Part shown: positions 38,829 through 52,919 of the stretch, piece after piece
Numbering within the stretch: position 1 is the first letter of the stretch
Layout of the letters: every line of letters begins with the position of its first letter
Source: Eledone cirrhosa
Lineage: Eukaryota
Direction of reading: 5' to 3'
Assembly: GCA_964016885.1 (NCBI GenBank)
Contig: OZ024744.1
Location: forward strand, 28,520,001-28,584,000
DNA: 64,000 bases
The notes under the pieces: generated by a model
Told to the model about the DNA's origin: nothing
Database searches by the model: none
What the model saw: the letters and a program-made list of their open reading frames with translations, nothing else
Made by a program: the position numbers and the translations under genes

Positions 38829-40385
38829 ATAAAGTAGTATAAGTGAGGACTTTGTTGCGTAGAAATAACAGCCAAATTTCCTATAAATCCCACCTTACTT
38901 CCATTTACATTAGCATATCTGCCCATTTCCCCATGTTACATTTAGAAACTATAGCGATAAGTAAAAAAAAAAAAAAAAAATAACATCGAAGATGGCGTGC
39001 GGGATTTTAAGACTGAAGTAGAATATTTCGCCGTATATTTTGACTGCAGAAAATAGTCCCAAAACAGAACATATCAATCTCCCGATTGGAACAAAATTAG
39101 TATCGTTCCATAGGCGATGCTCTTTAGATTTTTCCCGTCACTAGAGTGCTTATATGTCCAGCTTGTTCGACTATTTTTCATAGTCAAACACATACGTTCA
39201 AGTAGTTAACATATATAGGAAGTTTAAAATTCGCTCAACACTCCTTAAATTATTAGTTTTTATTATTATAGTTATTTGTATTTTGGAAAATATATTTCCA
39301 AATTTCTAATGCGTCGCTAGCCAGCCTAGAAAGGCGAAGATTATTTTATGTTCATGTACGAAATGCAAAATGAAATTTATATCTCACACTTATGAAGGTT
39401 TGACTGGCTTTATAAGGGACTGCTTGTGATTATAGAGACCACTCAGTCGCTCAAGAACATAATATGACATCCGTTCACAGAACCGAACTTTAATATCATG
39501 AGTTCAACATTAAGCCTCTTCACTGATATTCCTGTATCTACGAAAGGTATCAGAAAAAAATATATATAATGAAGTGTTTATCTCCAGAGATCGAAACCGG
39601 GTTGCAGATTCAGTTCATCTGAAGGACATCTCCCATGTCATTCTGTCTTTGATATTTATCACATAAAAAAAAAACGTAAAAAACATGAAAAAGAAGTAAA
39701 CACAGTAAAAATCTCTGAGACTTATCAATTAAAAAATAAATTCCAGCGGTCTTAACTAAATGGGCTTTCACATCTTATAATCTTATAAAATTCTAAATAT
39801 CTGCATTTCTTGCATTGTTTGTGCAAAGAAATCACCAATTCTAGAGAAAGCGGTTTCCCAAAGGAAGCCAATCTCGTTTTCTGTCTGGTTTTTAAAATAT
39901 ATATACATGATCTACTTTTTAAGTCTTAAAGGAATATTTAAATTCTTCGCTGAGAACATTATCATTAATCTTTCATTTATTTCTAACACCCTAATATATA
40001 CAAACTCAAAAAAAAAAAAAAAAAAAAATAATAATGAAATTAACTAATCCTTATCATCCTCGACTTTACTGCGAAAATCCACATGGCTTACTTAAAATGA
40101 GACCTTAGCAAATTTCCACCCCTACTCCACTCTTTCACTATATTTTCCAACCATTTTTGTTTTGTTTTGTTGTTCTTGTTGTATTTGGCGGGGGAGGGCT
40201 TGCTGATTTGTATGTTGTATTTTGCTTTCTTTTGTTTATGTTTTAACACGCTCCACCCCCACCCCAGGCTTTATTTTTCAAGTGGTTCAACAGACACTTG
40301 TGAAATAAAACCATTTCAACTGGTGTTATTTTGAAAGTTAAGTAAAAATGGCACATAATTCACCTGATGTAGTAATACGTTATGT

Positions 40386-40675
40386 GTTGTTGTTGTTGTT
40401 GTTGTTCGCCTTCGCCTGAGAGGGTCGTGGGAGCAGATCACTCAAACACGCCTTCCAGCGAGTCTGTCAGAAGCAAACATCTCTAACTGATCCAGCTGGA
40501 TTCCAAGCTCATGGATGTTATCCAACCATCTTGCTCAGGGTCTACCCCTGGGTCTCTTGTCGGTTGGTTTTGCCTGTAAAATCTGTCCAGTGATTCTTTC
40601 CTGAGACATTCTAGCCACATGTCCATAGTATCAGAGCTGTGATCTCTCAATTCGGAGAAGTAATGGCTCTACCTT
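40386..40675 (-). mobile_element. RTE-clade LINE 3' end with (AAC)n tail
   Basis: Reverse complement matches 3620-3890; (TTG)n at 40386-40406. Confidence 0.8.
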
Positions 40676-40740
40676 AATAATTTTCATAGTATTGATAATA
40701 ATGTTACAGGATGGATATGGTGCTGTATAGCTGGTATAGT

Positions 40741-40862
40741 CGGTGAATTGGCAAAGTCGTTAAAAATTCGGATAGAATGCTTTGTGTTATTCTTTCTCTC
40801 TTCATTCTGACTTCAAATCATCGGTTCGAAGTCGATATAAAAGTAGCAGTTTAGTACTGGCA
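40741..40862 (+). mobile_element. Degenerate tRNA-SINE
   Basis: GGTGAATTGGCAAAGTCGTTA…CTGACTTCAAAT…GTCGATATAAAAGTAGCAG…TACTGG resembles the SINE at 27970-28148. Confidence 0.55.
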
Positions 40863-40947
40863 ACGAGTCTTCCTCCATGTTTTTCTTACTTCTCTCTCTT
40901 TCGCTCTCACCCTTGTCTATCTCTCCCCCTCTCTCTCTCCCTCTCAC

Positions 40948-41000
<53 letters not shown>

Positions 41001-41730
41001 GTCCTTCCTAGGAAATCGTTTCTTGTATTTAGACAGGTACTGTTACGTTATCTCTGCAGGATATTTATTCTTTCTTCGATGCACAGCCCAGAAGACAATT
41101 TCCCATTTCCGTATGACCTAGATTTGGTCGTAACTGTATCTGTGTAAATACAAGATATGATTTCTTTAATCGATGTCCGCACGCCGCCAAGCACCTATTA
41201 CATAACTACAAGGACCCAGGCTAATTTTCATCCAGAATGGAGCTAGACTATTTTTATGCAGGATGATCTCAATGTCTCCCCCTCATGAGTCTAACTTGAG
41301 TTGTCCCCCTTGTCGACGACGTTGTGCATGACCGGCCAACTTTATATAGACTTCCGTTCTTCGGCTATGAGCCATTACTCGAATTGAAAATCTGCAAGGT
41401 GAAACAAGTGTCCTCGAAAATGGTTTCCTAACTCTTGAGAAATTAACTTTATACCAAACTCGTGTCATGGACTGAGTGCTCTGCTTACTACGGATATAAC
41501 CTCCCAGTGTTCTACCACAATACACGTTTCCAGCACTGAGTAGCAAATTCTATTAAAAAAATATAATGGATGAAGGTGAATAGACTTTTGAAGCTTGGCC
41601 TTAATAGAACATATTTCTCTGATAGCTGATCCAGTCTACAGCTGATTGACTGACCTTTGTCTAGTCTCATCCACAAGTCGATGTTGAACGGTATGTCAAA
41701 TCTATTTATCTATAAAACTGTCTATATTGT

Positions 41731-41794
41731 ATTTTGTCTGAGGAAGGCATAGCATATTGTTAATATGATATCCCTGAAATATATATAGTGAAAT
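41731..41794 (+). ncRNA. Degenerate type I hammerhead with long stem II
   Basis: ATTTTGT-CTGAGGA-AGG…CATATT(GTT)AATATG…CCT-GAAA-TATATA-TA-GTGAAAT, followed by AATAAA. Stem I relies on G-U pairs. Confidence 0.55.
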
Positions 41795-41944
41795 AAATAT
41801 GGTTTTATAAATATAGTTTCCATTTATTTAATATCGTAAATATACTCCAAATACTTGTTGAGTGCTTTTATATCAGTTATAAATATTTACTAGTTGTAAC
41901 CCAACAATTTAAATATAACTTTCCATGTATATATATATATATAT

Positions 41945-42235
41945 ATTTATTAAAATAACAGATTAAAGTTTAAGCAAAGAATCGCTGCTTTCACCCTTAA
42001 CGGGATCTTCAAAGACAGAACCTCCGGTTGCAACGTTTTTTGAAATATCCAGTTCTGCGTTTACAGATTGACTTTGTTAGTTTCAGAAGATCCCGTTAAG
42101 GGTGAAAGCAGCGATTCTTTGCTTAAACTTTAATCTGTTATTTTAATAAATATATGCTCTACGGTTCTTATATATTTGATATATATTTTCCTTATCGAGC
42201 CCTCTTTGGATTTTAGTCTTCAATTTTATTATTAT

Positions 42236-42328
<93 letters not shown>

Positions 42329-43315
42329 TATATATATATATATATTAAAATAACAGAGCAATGAATCGCTGCTTTCACCCTTAACGGGATCTTCTGAAAC
42401 TAACAAAGTCAATCTGTAAACGCAGAAGTGGATATTTCAAAAAACGTTGCAACCGGAGGAAGACAGGAAGACGATACTTTGGTTCGTGGAAACGTTCCCT
42501 GGCAAAGAACGGGAAAAAACGAATATTATACGTCATTAATAGGAGCGGTGAAAAACAATTACACGCAAAGACAGAACCATGTTTATGGTATAAAAGAGAT
42601 CGTAGACTAATGTTCTATTAGGTGGTTCACAGAGATGTTCTCTGGCAATGAACGAAAAAAACGAAGATAATACGTCATATGTGGAGCGTGGAGAACAATT
42701 GCACGCAAAGACAAAACCACGTAAATGGTATAGCAGAAGTCCTAGACTAACATTCTAACTAGGAAACCGAATGAATCTCCGCGTGAGAGTTAAGAACAAA
42801 GTAAATAAATACAATACAGAGGTAATAGAAATTAAATAAATACATACACGCATACAAATACGTACATACACAAGCATACGCGAAAACACTTACCATAGGT
42901 ATACAAAACCACGCACATATAAATATGTGTGTATACAAATAAATAAATAATTAAATAAACGTATATAAATAAATAAATACGTATATAACAAGCACACGCA
43001 CATACCTACATGTAAATACTCAAATGTTCGGAGACGTAAGTCAACCAAAACATGAAGTACACATATACACACATCCTACATACGTACGAACCTGCATACT
43101 CACACAGACGCAAAACTCCCGTATACACATAATCAAACCATATGTACCAGAATATATAAAATTATACGCCATAACATATACAATCAAATATACGTACAAG
43201 AAGGTATACGTACCTTCACAAAACATACAGGTAATATATACTTACCTATGCAAATAAGTAATGGTATAAACAAAACATATACTTAGCTACCATGTCAAGA
43301 CGTCTTGATGTGGTA
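41945..43315. mobile_element. Cluster of Naiad 3' ends in alternating orientation around (TA)n
   Basis: Minus 41945-42010 (partial hammerhead), plus 42021-42238, (TA)n, then minus 42345-43300 (long 3' UTR; hammerhead lacks the 3' strand of stem I). All match 51790-52838. Confidence 0.88.
42063..42138 (+). ncRNA. Naiad pLTR hammerhead-like motif (CAGAAGA core), intact copy
   Basis: ACAGATTGA CTTTGTT AGTTT CAGAAGA TCCC GTTAA GGGT GAAA GCA GCGATTCTT TGC TT AAACT TTAATCTGT. Confidence 0.75.
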
Positions 43316-43492
43316 TATGTATATATGTATAAGGGTGTATGTATATGCATTATTACATATAGCGATTTAAGGATTATTTTCATTGATTTTTCACTCCAGG
43401 AACTTGTTGAGTGCTCTAAATCTGCTATAAGCATTTATACCCTTTTCTAAATATATATTTTTTTATTTATTATTTGTCGTATTCCCAACTTT

Positions 43493-43680
43493 TTATTTTT
43501 ATTTTTATTTTTATTTTTATTTTTATTTTTATTTTTATTTTTATTTTTATTTTTATTTTTATTTTTATTTTTATTTTTATTTTTATTTTTATTATTTTTA
43601 TTTTTATTTTTATTTTTATTTTTATTTTAATTTTTATTTTTATTTTTATTTTTATTTTTATTTTTATTTTTATTTTTATA
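43493..43680. repeat. (TTTTTA)n hexamer microsatellite
   Basis: Read directly from the sequence. Confidence 0.95.
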
Positions 43681-43749
43681 TATATAATATTTTTTTATAT
43701 ATACAATATTTATTTTATATATATATAATAATTTTTTATATATACAATA

Positions 43750-45140
<1,391 letters not shown>

Positions 45141-45239
45141 TATTTTATTTTTCCTTTCCTTCTTCCTTTTCCAGCCTCACTTTCATATAGATTCCATTTT
45201 TGTTTTTAAAATCTAAGGTCAATAAATACGCCAGGATTT

Positions 45240-45300
45240 TTTCATTCTGATGATTGAAAGCAAATTTTTTTTGCTTTTAAGAAACCACAGGTAAATGAAA
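45240..45300 (+). ncRNA. Type I hammerhead, canonical CUGAUGA core, long stem II
   Basis: UUUCAUU-CUGAUGA-UUGAAAGCAAA(loop)UUUGCUUUUAA-GAAA-CC(ACA)GG-UA-AAUGAAA. Stem I is a perfect 7 bp and stem II 11 bp; the triplet is GUA. Confidence 0.82.
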
Positions 45301-45325
45301 TAATTGCCTTATTTTGTTTATTACA

Positions 45326-45394
<69 letters not shown>

Positions 45395-45528
45395 GAAAAT
45401 GTTTAAACGTCGAAACGGCTTGAGCTCTGCTGTCGGGGTTAAACATTTTCCTATTACCCACTCTACTACCCTAAGTATTGAGTACTTTGGTGCGTTATGG
45501 TCCATCTGATTCCTTACCACACTTCCTG

Positions 45529-45570
<42 letters not shown>

Positions 45571-45574
45571 AGTA

Positions 45575-47785
45575 ATAATAATACATTTGAAGACTAAAAT
45601 CCAAAGAGGGCTCGATAAGGATAAATATATATCAAATATATAAGAACCGTACTGCAATTTCGGCTTGTAAACATAAATTGCACAAAACTGTCCTGTATTA
45701 CAGCCCAACATTATACCCTAACGGATAGTACGAACTATACGCCGATTTTTTACGTCTTGATGTGGTAGCTAAGTATATATTATGTTTATACCATTACTTA
45801 TTTCTATAGGTAAGTATATATTACCTGTATGTTTTGTGAAGGTAAGTATATATTACCTCTATGTTTTGTGAAGATACGTATACTTTCTCGTACGTATATT
45901 TGCTTGTATATGTTATAGGCTTATATATTATTTTATATATAGTGGTACATGAGCATATGGTTATGTGTATACGTGAGTTTGGCGTCTGTGTGAGTATGCG
46001 GGTTCGTACGTATGTAGGGTTTGTGTATATGTTTACTTTGTGTTTTGTTTGACGTACGTCTGCGAACTTATGTGTATTTACATGCAGGTATGTGTGTGCG
46101 CGCATTATATGCGTATTTATGTGTGTATATTTATATAAGTTTATATAATTATACGTATACACGCACACACACACACACATATATATATATTTTTTTTTAA
46201 TATATATTTTTATGTGTTTTGCTGTATACGTTCGTATGTGTGCGGGTACAGGCGTTGCGTGGGTTTTGTATGTGCGTGCGTGCTTTTGTGTGTACGTGCG
46301 TGTATTTGTATACCCATGGGGAGTGTTTTCGCGTATGCATGTGTATGCACGTATATGGATGCGAGCATGTATATATTTAATTTCAATTACCTCTGTAATT
46401 TATTTACTTTATTCTTAACTCTGAAGCCGAGAATCATTCGGTTTCCTAATAGAATTATACTCTATTTTTTAATTTTTTTTATTGTAACAAATTTATATAA
46501 ATGGCCGAGATGACATGAAGGTCTAGATAAACTGGAAGTTTCAAGTACATAGAATATTGTAAATAACAAAATATAATTTAGAGATACATCAGATGAAAAA
46601 TGGTATTTAACTAATGTATTGGTACGCGATGGGGCCCACCCACTGCCCCGGTGGACATAATTGAGAAGGCGTTTCCCTGGAGGACGGCAAGTGAGACGCG
46701 CTGGAAAAGCCACTCCAACTCGCGGGGTTCACACCTGCGGCTGGCCAGCTCAGCGCCTATGGTGGTGAGTAAGGAGGTAGCCCTGGGGCCGAGGACACCA
46801 GAAGTCTCCACTGCGGCCGGTATTTGAGGAGTTTGGCCCCCTCAGCCCGACGTGCAGCAGAACCTGGGTCAGTCGCAGACTGCACCAGGTTGCGGCTGCA
46901 GAAAGTGTCGGTGCAAGTGGCATCCCAAAAGAGGAGTTTGCCACCGCGGAACGGGAAGATGGTCATGCGATCTGGCCTTTTGCCGTCCCCTCAATCCAGC
47001 CCCACCGGCTCAAGCTGGGAAGGGAAGCCTGCAGCGTCCAAGCCATGCTTAATGACCTCGTTAAGGGCAGCACGCGTGGAATGCGGCCGGCACTGTGGCG
47101 ACAGGAAAGCAGGTGGAGGCCAAAAGAGTCCACGGTGGAACCGCAGCGACATTGGGGTGGCTGGCAGATCCGGAGGCTGAGCCTCAGGGAAACGCCGATT
47201 TGCAGGCTATGGTTGTCTAGCTGCGTGACAGTGGAGAGGAGGGCAGGGCATGTAGCCAGGCACCACTGTGGGGTTTGGAGCCAAACGAAAACAAGCAAGG
47301 CGGTGCCTGTCGAACTGGCGCGTGAGCCTGTCTGAAGCCAGACTGCACTGGATGGCATCCCAAATGCGTTGGGGGGACTTGACATCAACAGTACGGTTTT
47401 GCCTTTGCGTGTAATTGTTTTCACCGCTCCACATAATGACGTATTATCTTCGTTTTTTTCGTTCATTGGCAGAGAACGTCTCTATGAACCACCTAATAGA
47501 ATATTAGTCTACGACTTCATTTATACCATAAAAGTGGTTTTGTCTTTGCGTGTAATTGTTTTCACTGCACCAAATAATGACGTATTATCTTCGGTTTTTT
47601 TTTCGTTGTTTGCCAGGGAACGTTTCCACGAACCAAAGTATCGCCTTCCTGTCTTCCTTCGGTTGCAACGTTTTTCGAAATATTTACTTCTGCGTTCACA
47701 GATTGACTTTGTTAGTTTCAGAAGATCCCGTTAAGGGTGAAAGCAGCGATTCTTTGCCTAAACTTTAATCTGTTATTTTAATAAA
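45575..47785 (+). mobile_element. 5'-truncated Naiad copy with inverted 3' tip, interrupted by a CRE element
   Basis: 45575-45650 is an inverted extreme 3' end. 45654-45728 encodes the ORF end (AISACKHKLHKT…YPNG*). The 3' UTR runs to ~46455 and resumes at 47391-47785 with a hammerhead copy at 47698-47773 (U16.1 changed to C). Confidence 0.85.
46465..47390 (-). mobile_element. CRE-clade non-LTR retrotransposon 3' fragment
   Basis: CRCG…H..SC zinc knuckle, EPVGLD*GDGKRPD, FWDATCTDTF, ETSGVLGP, WLFQRVSLAVLQGNA. AATAAA and an A-rich tail lie at ~46465-46485. Same family as 4150-4960. Confidence 0.88.
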
Positions 47786-48790
<1,005 letters not shown>

Positions 48791-48803
48791 TGTGTGTGTG
48801 TGT

Positions 48804-48899
<96 letters not shown>

Positions 48900-48968
48900 T
48901 AGTAGTAGTAAGGTGTTCGATGCTGCGACAATGGCCAGCAGCGATGTGTGTCATATGGCTATTAAGAT

Positions 48969-49033
<65 letters not shown>

Positions 49034-49449
49034 TATAGCAGAGTAATTCGATGCCACCCACACCCAGCGCATCAGCAAGGAATCTTACTTCATTAACAAA
49101 TACGGACCCCGTCTAAACACTTCTCCCTAAGACGAACCCACAACATACACACGTCAACATACATACCTACATCAGCACACATCTCTGCCCACATATAAAC
49201 ACAATGAAACACGTAAACACACATGCTCTATGGTGCAATACAAAAAAATATATGTGCATATATATGTATGTATATATGTATATATATATATATATGTAGT
49301 GAATATATGTATGTGTATATATATATAGTGAATATCATTTCACACCTTTTATTGTTAAGATTTTTGATGTTCTATTAAGAGAACCGATTTTACTGAAAAA
49401 ATCGAATAATGTACACCATTTTACCAGGGGAAAAAAATAGTGGTCCACC

Positions 49450-49481
<32 letters not shown>

Positions 49482-49519
49482 AACACATACACACGCGTAC
49501 ATCAACATACAAAGAGACT

Positions 49520-49552
<33 letters not shown>

Positions 49553-49610
49553 GCACTTCTCCGTATAAGAAAAAAGCTGAAAAATATCTTTTGACATGCT
49601 TTTGACACCC

Positions 49611-50042
49611 ATTAGTTTTACGGTAATCCTTAGTTACAGCATTATGTAGTAGTTGATGGTAAGTACTGCGCTCCACTTGATATAGGTTGCCAGTTTTATC
49701 GGAATGGACGTGCATGGCGTTAGAATCCTTAATAGAACGAATTCTATTCTTCAGGTCTTGCTGGAAGGAATTGCTCCTATTCCGAAATTTGATACTCCGA
49801 ATGAGTTCCAAGACATCATTTTCGAAGGGTAGCAATGCTGGGTTCCACGGAGGGTTATTATAGGTTTTAAATCCAAATTTGTCCTGTTTGTTGTCTGTTT
49901 TTCGCGGATTATCGTAATAAAAGGCACGCCAACGCAACCTTTTAATGAACGCGTCTGTTTTCTGTATCAGGAGTTTTAGGTATGTTTTCCTGCTTGGTAC
50001 GGGTATGTTCTTTGTAGAAATATTCAGATGTTGTTTCTGCAT
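49611..50042 (-). CDS. N-terminal ~143 aa of the Penelope-like ORF (inverted)
   Basis: STKNIPVP…LIQKTDAFIKRLRWRAF…FENDV…IKFR…SDKTGNLY…TKDYRKT is the PLE N-terminal region with the DKT (DKG-equivalent) motif. The listed ORF reads on into flanking simple repeats to 49335. Confidence 0.85.
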
Positions 50043-50062
50043 GATGAATATAAGTCAGTAGA

Positions 50063-51766
50063 GTGCTCAACCGAAGGAGCCAAATCAATGAAATCAACGA
50101 TGCTGGGTTTAAAATCACATCTGATCTCAACATCCTGGACCGGACCGAACCTCTGGACCCTATCTCTCCCCACTTTACCCTGAAGGATCACAAATCCAAT
50201 TTTCCGAACAACCCCTCTATTCGGCTTATTAACCCTACGAAGTCCGATTTAGGTAGACTTAGTAAAACGATTCTTGATAGAATTATACCTGAAATTAGAA
50301 GTTTGGCCCCTCTCGCACTGTGGAACAATTCTTTCGCGGTGATTGATTGGTTCAACGGCATATGTAACAAGGAACATTGCCGTTTTATTCAATTCGACAT
50401 CAACAATTACTACTCCTCCATCACTTTACCACTTCTCCTTAGAGCTATCAATTTCGCTAAAACACTCACAGTGGTTAAGGATTTCGAAGTTGCTGTCATC
50501 CTTAATGCCCGAAAGTCGGTGATTAATTTCGACGACTCTATTTGGATTAAAAAATCCAATAGTACCCCATTCGACGTGAGTATGGGCGCCAGTGACTCTG
50601 CGGAGGTTACTGATCTTATTGGCCTTTTCCTTCTTTTCTCTATCAAGGACGAATTCCCCAACGCGGGCGGTGGTTTGTACCGTGACGATGGTCTTTTGAC
50701 CATGACTAAGTGCGGACCTCGTGCTTGCGACAGATTCAGAAAAGAACTCACAGCCTTCTTTAAAGGCTTCAACCTCTCTATACAGGTTGAGGCCAATCTC
50801 TCGGTCGTTAATTACCTCGACGTTACCCTCAATTTACTGAATGGGTTGTATTACCCGTATAGAAAGCCGAATGATACGCTTAATTACATAAGTAAGCATT
50901 CCAACCATCCTGCCAGCATAACCAAGAACCTGGTAAAAAACGTTTCGTTGAGGCTTTCCCGTCTTTCCACCAACGAGCGCATTTTCAACGACCATTCCAC
51001 TTATTACAATGAAGCTCTTGCTCGAAGTGGATTTGTCGATAAGGTAGCATATACAGAGTACGGGAATAGACCTAGAAGAAATAGATCCCGTCGCATTTGT
51101 TGGTTTAACCCACCATATAATATGGAGGTGGCCACACCATTAGCTAAGATCTTTCTTTCCCTTATTACCAAGCATTTCCCCCCTACACATAAATATAGTA
51201 ACATTTTTAATAGAAACACTATTAAAATGTCTTACTCTACGACTCCTAACCTTGCACATAACATCACAGCTTCAAATTTAGCTAAACTACCTAGCCGTAG
51301 GAACACGTGCAACCCTGTAGTTAGTACTAACTGTAATTGTAGGAATCGGGCTGATTGTCCCCTATCCGGGAAATGCCTCTCTAGTAACATTGTCTACAAA
51401 TGTAAGGTTGTAACACCCACGTCCCGTAGGGCCTACATAGGGTTAACCGCCAATAGTTTCAAGCAGCGTCTTTACATGCATACCCATTCTTTTCGTTACC
51501 CTCTAAGAAGGAATATGACGTCACTTTCAGCTTATATCTGGAGTCTAAAAGACAACCACACCCAATATAAGTTACACTGGGAGATCCTAGCTAGGGCTAG
51601 ATCGTATAACGGAAATAAAAGACCATGTGACCTCTGCGCCGCTGAGGCCCTGGAAATACTCTACGCCACAGTCCACATCTTAAACAAAAAATCTGAGGCA
51701 ATTTCGGCTTGTAAACATAAATTGCACAAAACTTTCCTGTATTACAGCCCCTATCCTAACGGATAG
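50063..51766 (+). CDS. Penelope-like reverse transcriptase and GIY-YIG endonuclease (C-terminal ~565 aa, uninterrupted)
   Basis: LKDHK..RLINP, FDINNYYSSI, MGASDS, LYRDDG, YLDVTL, YRKP..SNHP, WFNPPY, CNC…CPL.G.C, IVY…YIG…FKQR..H, CDLC, CKH. Confidence 0.93.
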   Translation: MLNRRSQINEINDAGFKITSDLNILDRTEPLDPISPHFTLKDHKSNFPNNPSIRLINPTKSDLGRLSKTILDRIIPEIRSLAPLALWNNSFAVIDWFNGICNKEHCRFIQFDINNYYSSITLPLLLRAINFAKTLTVVKDFEVAVILNARKSVINFDDSIWIKKSNSTPFDVSMGASDSAEVTDLIGLFLLFSIKDEFPNAGGGLYRDDGLLTMTKCGPRACDRFRKELTAFFKGFNLSIQVEANLSVVNYLDVTLNLLNGLYYPYRKPNDTLNYISKHSNHPASITKNLVKNVSLRLSRLSTNERIFNDHSTYYNEALARSGFVDKVAYTEYGNRPRRNRSRRICWFNPPYNMEVATPLAKIFLSLITKHFPPTHKYSNIFNRNTIKMSYSTTPNLAHNITASNLAKLPSRRNTCNPVVSTNCNCRNRADCPLSGKCLSSNIVYKCKVVTPTSRRAYIGLTANSFKQRLYMHTHSFRYPLRRNMTSLSAYIWSLKDNHTQYKLHWEILARARSYNGNKRPCDLCAAEALEILYATVHILNKKSEAISACKHKLHKTFLYYSPYPNG

Positions 51767-52660
51767 CACGATCTATACGTGGATATTTTACGTCTTGATG
51801 TGGGAGCTAAGTATATGTTTTGTTTATTCCTTTACTTATTTTCATAGGTAAGTATATATTACCCGTATGTTTTGTGAAGATATGTAACCTTCTCGTACGT
51901 ATATTTGACTGTTATGGCGTATAATTTTTACATATTCTGGTATTTAGGGTTTGGTTATGTGTATATGGGAGTTTTGCGTCTGCGTGAGTATGCAGGTTCG
52001 TACGTATGGTGGGTGTGTGTATATGTGTACTTCTTGTTTTAGTTGACTTACGTCTCCGAACCTTCGTGTATTTATTTGTAGGTATGTGTGTGCGCTTGTT
52101 ATATACGTATTTATTTACTTATATACGTTTATATAATTATTTATTTATTTGTACACAAGCATACACACATACACATATTTATATGTGCGTGGTTTTGTAT
52201 ACCTATGGTAAGGTTTTGCGTATGCTTGTGTATGTACGTATCTGTTTGCGTGTATGTATTTATTTGTTTCTATTACTTCTGTATTGTATTTATTTACTTT
52301 GTTCTTAACTCTGTAGCGGAGATTCATTTGGTCTCCTAGTTAGAATTTTAGTCAACAACTTCTGCTATAGCATTTACGTGGTTTTGTCTTTGCGTGCTAT
52401 TGTTCTCCACGCTCCACATATGACTTATTATCTTCGTTTTTTCGTTCATTGCCAGAGAACGTCTCTATGCACCACTTAGAGAACATTAGTCTACGACCTC
52501 TTTTATACCATAAACGCGTAATTGCTTTTCACCGCTCCTATTAATGACGTATTATTCGTTTTTTCCCGTTCTTTGCCAGCGAACGTCACCATGAACCAAA
52601 GTATCGTCTTCCTGTCTTCCTCCGGTTGCAACGTTTTTTGAAATATCCAGTTCTGCGTTT

Positions 52661-52736
52661 ACAGATTGACTTTGTTAGTTTCAGAAGATCCCGTTAAGGG
52701 TGAAAGCAGCGATTCTGTGCTTAAACTTTAATCTGT
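52661..52736 (+). ncRNA. Type I hammerhead-like ribozyme in the Naiad 3' pLTR (atypical core)
   Basis: Stem I AGUUU/AAACU plus distal ACAGAUUGA/UUAAUCUGU with a 7-nt bulge. Core CAGAAGA at 52682-52688; stem II CCC/GGG; GAAA at 52702-52705; stem III AGCA/UGCU. Predicted cut after U52722. Confidence 0.75.
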
Positions 52737-52826
52737 TATTTTAATAAATATTTGCTCTTCGGTTCTTATATATCTGATATATATTTTCCTTATCGAGCCC
52801 TCTTTGGATTTTAGTCTTCAATTTTA

Positions 52827-52899
<73 letters not shown>

Positions 52900-52919
<20 letters not shown>

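Larger units (their letters stand above)
49611..52838 (+). mobile_element. Naiad-type Penelope-like retroelement with inverted 5' segment
   Basis: Inverted N-terminal ORF, forward RT/GIY-YIG ORF, ~1.07 kb 3' UTR with a hammerhead motif, ending in (TA)n. Confidence 0.9.

Noticed and set aside
38985-39180. Promoter or first exon (AAGATGGCG, YY1-like)
   Set aside because: It is a single short motif with no supporting ORF or splice structure.
50063-52838. Selenoprotein-type Naiad (in-frame UGA plus SECIS)
   Set aside because: The ORF has no in-frame UGA, the conserved Cys positions are TGY codons, and I could not fold a convincing SECIS in the 3' UTR.
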